25,551 nt of DNA from a virus (taxonomy: Duplodnaviria > Caudoviricetes): positions 1-25,551 of the IMG/VR virus record IMGVR_UViG_3300017903_001410; one strand, written 5' to 3'. Positions 1 through 9,200 of this stretch are shown here, piece after piece (position 1 is the stretch's first letter; the number at the start of each line of letters is the position of its first letter). The position numbers were made by a program, and so were the translations under genes. The notes beneath the pieces were generated by a model, which saw only the letters and a list, made by a program, of their open reading frames with translations, searched no databases and was not told the origin of the DNA.

Positions 1-1
1 A

Positions 2-1261
2 GAAGTTAAAGGAGAAATCAAAAAAGATCCATTTACAATAAGTCAAATTAGTATTGAACAAACAATTGTAAGTGTTGCTGTCAATCCCACTATAACTTCT
101 ACTGCTTCAATTCTATTCACCAGTGAAGTTGTATCTAAGGTATCTACAGAACCTGTAGAAACAGCTTTTGATTCTCTTGGACACAAAGAGACTTTAGTTA
201 GAGGAGAACTTCGTAAGGATATTAAAGATTTATATTCTGCTAAGGTATCTCAAACGATCATTAATGTTGCTATAGGACCCGCAATTTCAAGCACATTTGA
301 GGTTAAAATACTATCTGATGTCATTTCTTTAGTACAGGTTTCTCCAACAGCAACATCATTCTCTACATTTGAACACAAAGAAACCTTTGTAAGTAAGAGT
401 AGAGATAGATTTGATCCTCTTCTAGGAACAATTTCATTTGAATTTGATGTAACTGATACTGTAGTTAGTGTTGCTGTTAGTCCTACAGTCGCCTCAACAT
501 CTACTGTTAGTGTTAATAGTGAGGTTAAACAAATTGTTATTAGAGAACCACGAATAACTTCTTTTGTTACTACTGCTTTCCAAGCAGAAGTTAATAATAT
601 AATTCAGACTGTACATAGTAAATTTGTAATTCAGAGAAATGCTACCGAAGTTTTATTATTCACACCACCTTCTGGTGCTGTAGATGGTTATCGGGAGAGT
701 TTATTCATTGCCGATCCGATTTCAACCAGACTAAATGGTTTTGTTGATCTTGATGATTCATATGAAGTTATCAAGAGAGATCTAACAAGTGTTTTTGTTG
801 GCAATAGTGTATTTGGAGTAGATACTGAATATATCGGATCTTATGAAAGAACTAATGCTGGACATACAATTAGTCACTTTGATGGTATTTTTGATGATGG
901 TACGTGTGATGCCTCTGGATTGACATTACTAGAGTTTAGCGCATACTTCTCATCCATGACTATTAGAGACTTTACAGAAAGGAAAGATTCTAGTTATACT
1001 TTGACTGGTGCTAAATTTAATTTAATGCCACCATCAATTCAAAATCCTGTTGCCATTAGTTCTTCCTCAGGAACTATTGGTGGACTGATTATTGTACAAG
1101 ATACAACACATTTCCCCAACGAAGGTTACTTGTTTAGTAGTGGTGGAACTGTAATACAATACACTGGCAAAACGGATACATCATTCACTGGATGTACTCT
1201 AGTATCTGGACCAGATGCCATCAATAATAATGATGAGTTGATTCCACATTCAATTTTATAA
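2..1261 (+). CDS. C-terminal part (>=419 aa, truncated by window edge) of a large baseplate protein, probably the gp7-type baseplate wedge initiator of T4-like cyanophages
   Basis: Frame 2 reads without a stop from position 2 (EVKGEIKKDPFTISQ...) through the track's 920..1261 ORF to TAA at 1259-1261, so the TTG at 920 is internal. The gp7 identity is from position directly upstream of gp8 only. Confidence 0.7.
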   Translation, partial: EVKGEIKKDPFTISQISIEQTIVSVAVNPTITSTASILFTSEVVSKVSTEPVETAFDSLGHKETLVRGELRKDIKDLYSAKVSQTIINVAIGPAISSTFEVKILSDVISLVQVSPTATSFSTFEHKETFVSKSRDRFDPLLGTISFEFDVTDTVVSVAVSPTVASTSTVSVNSEVKQIVIREPRITSFVTTAFQAEVNNIIQTVHSKFVIQRNATEVLLFTPPSGAVDGYRESLFIADPISTRLNGFVDLDDSYEVIKRDLTSVFVGNSVFGVDTEYIGSYERTNAGHTISHFDGIFDDGTCDASGLTLLEFSAYFSSMTIRDFTERKDSSYTLTGAKFNLMPPSIQNPVAISSSSGTIGGLIIVQDTTHFPNEGYLFSSGGTVIQYTGKTDTSFTGCTLVSGPDAINNNDELIPHSIL

Positions 1262-1282
1262 ATAACCGTATAAATATAAATA
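1257..1282 (+). promoter_or_regulatory. Cluster of three T4-type late promoter boxes (TATAAATA)
   Basis: Exact TATAAATA at 1257-1264, 1269-1276 and 1275-1282, upstream of the gp8 ATG at 1316. This is the gp55 late-sigma consensus. Confidence 0.85.
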
Positions 1283-1315
1283 CCTCAGGCACAAACACTA
1301 CGTCGGAAAAAACCA

Positions 1316-3127
1316 ATGGCTGCTATTATTTCAGATAAGTTTAGAATTTTTAATGCGAAGCAATTTCTAGAATCGCTAACTGAAGGTGCTTCAGATACTA
1401 GCACCGAACGTTCTAGAATGTATTTTTTCGTTGGGCGATCCCAACCATGGAAGGCGTACTTAGAAGTATATTCTAAGAGTGCTACTGACTTTACAGTAGG
1501 AAATGAAGTTTTTGTTGGAACTTATGGTTCCACTCCATTCCGTGCTACTGTTTCTGCTGTTTATGATAGTGCCCTCCTTCTAACCGACGTTTTTGGCAGC
1601 AACGGTGTTAATTCTACACCTGCTCTTGGCAGCACTCTTCTAGAAACTGCAGATGGTGGTTCGACAACAACTTCAGCAACGGCAGTCACTGGTGTCTATC
1701 GCTACGGTACTGAGGACGTTCCTCCTCTTCCTCTAGATAACCAAAGAGAGAAGATTGGTCTTTACGACGAGATCATTGCTGCTAAGCGTATTACTGATTC
1801 TTTCGCAAGAACTGTTATCCGCCGCTATAACTGGGATCTAGTTGCTAACCCTAAGTATGACATGTGGAAGCCTGACTACTCTGCTACTCCTGGTGGCGGT
1901 GGTCAAGTAGGTAAGCAGACTGCAACAGGTCAAGATAGCATTGCTGATGCTAAGTTCTATGTAATGAACTCCAACTATGAAGTATTCAAATGCCTTTACA
2001 ATGGCGAAAATCCTTCAAATGCTACTGGTCAAAATGCAACTGAAGAACCAATCACTACAGGTGCTAACTACGACGCAGGCACTGGTCTCTATACCGAGAC
2101 AACTGGCGCTGGTTACATCTGGAAGCATATGTACACCATCCCAACTGATGATGTTTTGAAGTTCCTTTCTTCAGACTTCATGCCAATCACTCTTCCAGCG
2201 AACCCTTCTCGTGTTTCTGTTGAAGGTTTGGCAGTAGCAGGTGCTATTGATGTTGCTCTAATTGAAGATGGTGGCAACAATCTTCCTGCTTCACAAACCC
2301 TTTATACTGCAATCAAGGGTGATGGAACTGGTGGTGTTATTGAATTTGCAACTGATGGATCTGGAACTATCACCTCTGCTTCCGTAGCAGCTCGTGGATC
2401 TGGTTACACCTACGCTAACGTACTTCTAGGTAACGGCAACCTCTTCTCCAACCAAGCTTTATCTTCTGCAGTTGCAACTCCTGCTACTGCAACTGGTGCC
2501 ATCGAAGTTGTTTTACCTCCACAAGGAGGACATGGTTCTGATCATGAGACAGAACTAAATGGTAAGCGCGTAATGACTAATATTCGCCTAACCTATGCAG
2601 AAGGTTCTGGTGACTTCCCTGTAGATAACGACTTCCGTCGTATTGGTATTATCAAAGATCCATTTAACTGGGGAACCACAACTTTCGCAACCTCTGATAC
2701 TCTCTCAGGTCTTAAGGCAGTCAAGATTACTGGAGCAACTGCTGACTTTATTCCTGACGAGAAAATTAGTCAGACTGTAACGGATGGTACTGCATATGGT
2801 ACAGTTGTTTCTTGGACACTTGATAGTGGTTCTACAACTGATGGTGTTCTTAAGTACATCCAAACAAATGACGCACACACAGATCAAGGTGTTGTAAGAG
2901 CATTTGAAAGCAATGGTGCCAATGCAATTTCAGGTGTTCAATCTGCTGCCGCTGGTAATGTTGATACTGCTTATGCAAACACGTTACTCGGTTCGACATT
3001 TACTGCTGGTTTAGCAGCTCCCGAAATCGAGAATAATTCAGGTGATGTTATCTACATCGAAAACCGTCGCCTAATTACTCGTGCTCCTGACCAGATTGAA
3101 GACATCAAACTCGTTATCGAATTCTGA
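1316..3127 (+). CDS. gp8: Baseplate wedge subunit gp8 (603 aa, enlarged cyanophage-type form)
   Basis: Motifs MAAIISDKFRIFNAKQF, YFFVGRSQPW, VIRRYNW, FYVMNSNYEVFKCLYN, GYIWKHMYTIP, GDFPVDNDFRRIGIIKDP and C-terminal SGDVIYIENRRLITRAPDQIEDIKLVIEF match the T4-like gp8 family. Confidence 0.93.
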   Translation: MAAIISDKFRIFNAKQFLESLTEGASDTSTERSRMYFFVGRSQPWKAYLEVYSKSATDFTVGNEVFVGTYGSTPFRATVSAVYDSALLLTDVFGSNGVNSTPALGSTLLETADGGSTTTSATAVTGVYRYGTEDVPPLPLDNQREKIGLYDEIIAAKRITDSFARTVIRRYNWDLVANPKYDMWKPDYSATPGGGGQVGKQTATGQDSIADAKFYVMNSNYEVFKCLYNGENPSNATGQNATEEPITTGANYDAGTGLYTETTGAGYIWKHMYTIPTDDVLKFLSSDFMPITLPANPSRVSVEGLAVAGAIDVALIEDGGNNLPASQTLYTAIKGDGTGGVIEFATDGSGTITSASVAARGSGYTYANVLLGNGNLFSNQALSSAVATPATATGAIEVVLPPQGGHGSDHETELNGKRVMTNIRLTYAEGSGDFPVDNDFRRIGIIKDPFNWGTTTFATSDTLSGLKAVKITGATADFIPDEKISQTVTDGTAYGTVVSWTLDSGSTTDGVLKYIQTNDAHTDQGVVRAFESNGANAISGVQSAAAGNVDTAYANTLLGSTFTAGLAAPEIENNSGDVIYIENRRLITRAPDQIEDIKLVIEF

Positions 3128-3146
3128 TTTAAAATACATAAATTTG

Positions 3147-3173
3147 TCCCCCCAGCAATGGGGGGATTTTTTT
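3147..3173 (+). terminator. Rho-independent terminator after gp8
   Basis: Perfect 8-bp stem TCCCCCCA (3147-3154) / TGGGGGGA (3159-3166), GCAA tetraloop, then T7 (3167-3173). Confidence 0.93.
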
Positions 3174-3179
3174 ATCTCT

Positions 3180-3187
3180 ACTAAATA
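3180..3187 (+). promoter_or_regulatory. Variant late promoter (ACTAAATA) for the VrlC-type gene
   Basis: TAAATA core immediately after the terminator and about 30 nt before the ATG at 3220. The same CTAAATA recurs in the intergenic gap at 17001. Confidence 0.65.
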
Positions 3188-3219
3188 CTAGAGACTAGAT
3201 AGTGTATTGGCGGAGTACA

Positions 3220-6200
3220 ATGCCACAGAAGACCAACCTTAATGTAAATCCTTATTACGAGGACTTCGACGCGAGTAGGAATTTTTATAAAATTCTATTT
3301 CGTCCTGGTTACTCCATTCAAGGTAGAGAATTAACTCAGGTTCAATCAATTCTTCAGAATCAAGTTGAAAGCTTTGGTAAGTATGCTTTCAAGCAAGGAG
3401 AATTAGTCATTCCTGGTGAGGTAGGTCTCAATACAAAATTAGATTACGTAAAATTATCTTCAGTATCCGAAGTTGCTATTTCGGAAGGAGATGATATTGT
3501 TTATAAAAAATATGATATTACTCAGTTGATTGGTCTACAACTGCGTGGTCTTACTTCTGGTGTTGTTGCTAATGTTCTCTCCGCAAATTTAGCAACAGAA
3601 ACATCATCAGATACTTTATATGTAAGTTATCAGAATAGTGGCAATTCTAATGCAGAAAACACTTTCCGTCAAGGAGAAACTTTAGAAGTTATTGATGGAG
3701 TCAATACTCCTTTAATGGTTGTTGGTACTGATGGTAGTGTTTTGCCCACAAGTATTAATGTAACCAATCCAGACACAGGTGCTGTTGCTTCACTGGAAAG
3801 TCCAGCAATGGGATATGGTTCTGCTGTAAAAGTAGAAGAAGGCATCTATTTTGTTAATGGTTACTTTGTACGTAATGATGAACAACTTTTAGTTATTGAC
3901 GAGTATTATAACAAACCATCCGCAAAAGTTGGTTTCACAATTAAAGAAGAAGTAATTACTCCAGAAGAAGATAAAAGTCTATATGATAATGCTATTGGTT
4001 CTTCGAATTATACAGCACCTGGAGCACATAGGTTAAAAATTAGTCTAGAGTTAAAAGAGTTTGCTCTAGATGCAATCACAGACAAGAATTTTATTCAACT
4101 TCTCACTGTAAATCGTGGTGTTGTACAAAGAAAAGTATCACCAGCAGATTACAGTGTTCTAGAACAAACTTTAGCTAGAAGAACATTTGATGAAAGTGGA
4201 GATTATGTAGTACAGGATTTCTCTATTGACATCAGAGAATATGCTCAAAAAGACGGCAATAGAGGTTTGTATGCTATTGATGAGTTTGGTCTTTACAATA
4301 ATCTTTCTGCTACCGAAGCAAGCAGAAAGATGATTGCCAGCATTGGTCCTGGTAAAGCATATATTAGAGGATATGAAATTGTTAATAAAGAAACTAAGTA
4401 TCTTGAAATTAACAAAGCAAGAGAAAGTCTCAGCAGTGACAATGTAACTCTAAAAACAAAAGGACTTCCAACTTATACAATTACTAATGTATTCGGAAGT
4501 GTTCCTCTAAACAAAGAAGGATCACAACTTACTGCATATCCAACTGTATATCTATACTCTCTATTCAACGATGGATATGTTGGTCTCAGCAATACAGAAT
4601 TAGATTCAAACTATCGTCAAACTATTGATAGAAGAGGTAAATTCTTTGATTCAAATATTGGAATCAAAACTATCACTTTAGAAATTGTTGATGTAAATAT
4701 TCCAATTTCTAGTATTATACCCTCTGATCTCAACGATACGTTTAGCAAATTATGGTATGTTAAAACAAGGGCAGGTACAAACATTGTTAGTTATGTAGAT
4801 GTTCTTTCATTCTCAAAAGTATTCAAACCACTCAAGAACCCAGGAACTACGGAAGAATCTAGATTCTTGGAAGTAACAGTTTCTGGTCAAAAGAGTGATT
4901 TAGAAAATATTTTCAAAGAATATGATGAAAGTTCCGAAAACAAGAATAGAAAATTATTTTTGACTCAAGCTTCTGCTTTAGGCGATGAAAAAGAAGGTTT
5001 AGCATCAACAATTTTTGCTAACATTGTTGACTATAGCGAAACTATTACTCCTGTAATCGGCACAGCAAAACCAAGCAATTTCTACTTACAGGAGAGAGGA
5101 AACGGTTTCAATCCCGATTCCGATATTATAATTTCAAAAGGAACCTTATCTCAAGGAGGGAGTGCATATACTGCTAAGTTTGCTTTATCATACTTTGATC
5201 CTCAATTCTTCACTAGAATTATTTTGGAATCCGTAGTTCCAAGCAACTCATACAACGTTGGTGAATATGTTTATGGTTTGACTAGTGGCGCTTATGGTGT
5301 TGTAGAGGGAGCTCCAAATGGTGTATATTCTGTAGGAAAAATCCTATTCATCAAAACACTTTCTGGTAAATTTGCTCCTGGAGAAACTATTAGAGACGAA
5401 GCAGGAAATCTTGTTAAAATTGCCAAAGAAAATACAATTTCTCACTTCATTGTTCAAGAAAGAGGACTAGGATATCCATCAACTTCGACTATTGAAATTG
5501 ATGGAGTTGGTTATCAACAGTCTCAGGTTGAACTAGGATTTAATGGTCAAGGTATTTACAGAGTAGATATTATTGATAGAGTTTCTGTTGATGCAGAATT
5601 CACAAAACCACCAATCATCACAATCAATTCTGGAGAAACAACTCCAACAACTTCCGCAGTAATTATTCCTGTACTTAATAGAAATACTGTTATCACTTAT
5701 ACTCCCCAGAACGTCAAGTCGTTTGGATCTTCTTATGGTTCTGGTGGTATTAATACATTTACAGCAGATACTGTCGTAGATGACAGGGAATTTGCAAATA
5801 TTTCATCCGTAACTGATTTTACTTTCTTCGGTTCTAAGGGTACTAAATTCTTAGAATCTACTAGTTTTAGTGCTGATGCTAGTAGTATTGTTCAACAGGG
5901 AGATCTTATTCAATTCTCAGATGCTTCTAACAATGTTATTAGAGCAATTGTACAATATGCTACTCAGCAAAAAGGATCCGCTAAAACTAGAATCTATATT
6001 GATGAAACACTATATGATGATGTAACTAGCACCAGTATTGTATTACTTCGCCCCCAGATTAATAATCCCAATGCTGGAACTTTATTGTTCCCAACTGGAA
6101 GCAAGCAAATACAGCAAATCTCTGCTGGATCAGATGATACTAAAATTAAGTATTATTTCAGAAGAGATTTTGTAACTGCTGGTTCTACTGGTGGTGGTAT

Positions 6201-9200
6201 TATCACTTTTGCTGCTCAACTACCATTTGGTACACAAAGATTCACCACATTTAATGAGAGTAATTATATCATTACTGTTCTCAATAAGAATAGTGCTGAT
6301 CTAGTTGAAGATGGTGATATTGTTTATATTGATGAGGACAATGTAGAGGTTACCTCAGCTACTGATACTGCCAGTGGATTGACATCTGGCAGTATTACAT
6401 TCCAACTACCTTCTTCTTACTTTAATACAAACTTCGACAATGTAGAGAATTATGTTGCACCTGAGTTAAAATTAACAGCAACTTTAGAAGTTTCCAATGC
6501 AAAACCAAGACTCAAAACTGCTATTAAAAATAAGCGTATTGTTGTTGATTCTGCTGGCGATAGAGTTATCCCATTCAGAGGAACTGACTATGATAGTAAT
6601 GTTGTCGAAACCCTTTCTTTTTCTGACGCATATAGATTGCGTTATGTATATGAAGGAACGAGCACACAACCACCAGAGATTGACAGTGCTGGCAATCTAG
6701 TTTCTGGTACAGATGTAACAAATAGATTTACTTTTGATAATGGTCAGAGAGACACAATCTATGATGTTTCCAGAATCGTTCTAAAACCAGGATTTGATGC
6801 AACTGTTGGTCAGATTGTAATTGCTTTTGATTACTTCGAGCATTCACAAGGAGATTTTGTAACTATTGATAGTTACTTGCATGAAGCGGGAGTTCTAGAA
6901 GATGAAATTCCCACATTCAATTCTTCTTCTCTTGGAAATATAGAACTCAAGAATGTTATTGATTTCCGTCCCAAAGTCAATAGTAGCACAATTGTTGCTG
7001 GTTATCAAGATACTTCAACTCTAGAAGTTACGACTAGCAATTTTACTGGTCCTGGTTCTGTTGTAGCAGCAACTCCTGCTCCAGATCTCAATCTGGAATA
7101 TACATTCTCATTTAGTCAAATTCAATATCTAGATCGTATTGATGGTATCTTCCTTAATAAAAAAGGTGAGTTTATTGTTAAGGAAGGAAATTCTTCATTG
7201 AATCCTTCTAAACCAGATCCAGTTAAAGACGCTGTTCCTCTGTTCTACGCTTACATTCCAGCATATACAACTAGCAGCAAGGATGTAAGAATTACTCCTG
7301 TTGAGCACAAGCGTTACACAATGAAGGACATTGGTAAGCTTGAAAAACGTATTGAGCGTTTGGAGTATTATACAACTCTAAGCATCCTTGAGCAGCAAGC
7401 ACTTAATATGCAGGTCAAAGATGAAATTGGTCTTGATAGATTCAAGTCTGGTTTCTTTGTTGATAACTTCGAGACTCATGGTATTGGCAACCTTGTTTCC
7501 GCAGATTATAAGTGTGCTATCGACAGCAGACAGTCAGTATTAAGACCACAGTCTAAAGAAGATTCAATTCTATTGGAAGAAGTTAATACTAGACAAGATC
7601 AAAGATCTGTTGCTGGTTACCAAAGAACTGGTGATCTTGTAACACTACCATATTCTAATCTCAAACTACTTGGAAATGATTTTGCTTCTAAGACAATCAA
7701 TCCAAATCCGTTTGTTGTCTTCCAGTATGTTGGTGAAGGTTCTGTATCTCCACAAATCGATCAATGGTATGATCAAACTGTAGAACCACTAGTTATTGAT
7801 ACGAATACGAGTCTATTTGACATCTTCATTGCTAAAGATGATACCAGAGAAAGTTTCTCTAGTCTTTTCAATTCATTTATAGTAAATTGGGTTGGTACAT
7901 CATCTGCATTTACATCAATTAATTCACTCGGTGAAACAAATACATCACTTGCCAAATCTTCAGTTAAATCTGCATCTGTAGGAAGTTCTTCTAATATCAG
8001 TCCGCAGAATAATGAATTGGGCAAGGGAGTTCAAACTAAGAGCGTTGGCGAAAATGTTGTATCAACTTCTCTGCAATTCTTCTCAAGAACAAGACCAATT
8101 AAATTTGTTATTGGCAGACTCAAGCCTCTGACTAAAGTATCAGTATTCTTAGAAGGCAGAAATATCAACCGTTGGGTAAATCCAGATTTGAGATTTACTG
8201 GTCTTGCTGGCAATTCTTTGTCTGCTTTCAATGGTGAAATTGTAACAGACGAGAACGGTAATGCCAGCGGTCTGATTTTACTTCCTGCTGGTTATGCTCC
8301 TAGAGAGAATGCTACTTGGACTGGTGATGTAGATACGGTTGAATATGATACATCATCTGAAGAACTAAGATTTACATCGGGTGAATTAACATTCAGATTT
8401 ACTTCCAGTAGCACAAACGAAGATAAGGCAAATGTTGATACATATGCTGAAATTAAATATTATGCATCTGGTATTTTACCACAGAATCCTTCCAGCATTG
8501 TATCTACCAAACCTTCATACTTTAAGTCTAATGAAGGTGTTCAGTTTGTCGAGAGCAACACTGATAATCCACTAAGACCCAACCCACTTGCACAAGTATT
8601 TAAGGTTGAAAACTTTGAAGGTGGTGTATTTGTAACTGGTGCTGATTTATATTTCAAGACTAAAAGTGAAAATATTCCAGTAAGAGTCTATATGACTAAT
8701 GTCGATTTCGACAAACCTGCTAAAAATATTGTTCCTGGTACAGAAAAAACACTAACTCCAGAAACGTATCTTAAGTGCTTCTCTTCTGGTAATATTTCAG
8801 TAACAAAAGGAGAGTATGTGGTGGGAACCAGTTCTGCTGCTTCTGGTCCTATTTCCAGAGTTATTGATAAGAACGGTGTTGAACTAACACCTACCTCTAC
8901 TGGAATTTATGCTTTGACCAATGAACAGGTTTATACTCTTGTTCTAAAAAATCATAATGGTCGCTCATTCTTGCAGAATGAATTATTAGAAGTTCCATCT
9001 TTGACTTTAGCAAATGCTACTGGTGGTACAGAATTGACACTTTCAATTGCTAAAGATAGTGGAAAGCTTTCTGATATCAGAATTACAAACCCTGGTCAAA
9101 ATTATGACAGTGCAGTTTTAACTATCGAAAGTCCTCAACTCCCTGGTGGTTCTGTTGCAACTGCCAAGATTAATGTATCAAATGGTCAGATTTATAATGC

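Noticed and set aside
920-1261. 113-aa ORF starting at TTG 920
   Set aside because: The frame is open from position 2, so this is the tail of a longer gene.
3202-3219. GTG start for the 2721-aa ORF
   Set aside because: The Shine-Dalgarno-like GGAG lies inside this stretch, and the family-typical N-terminus begins MPQKTNLN at 3220.
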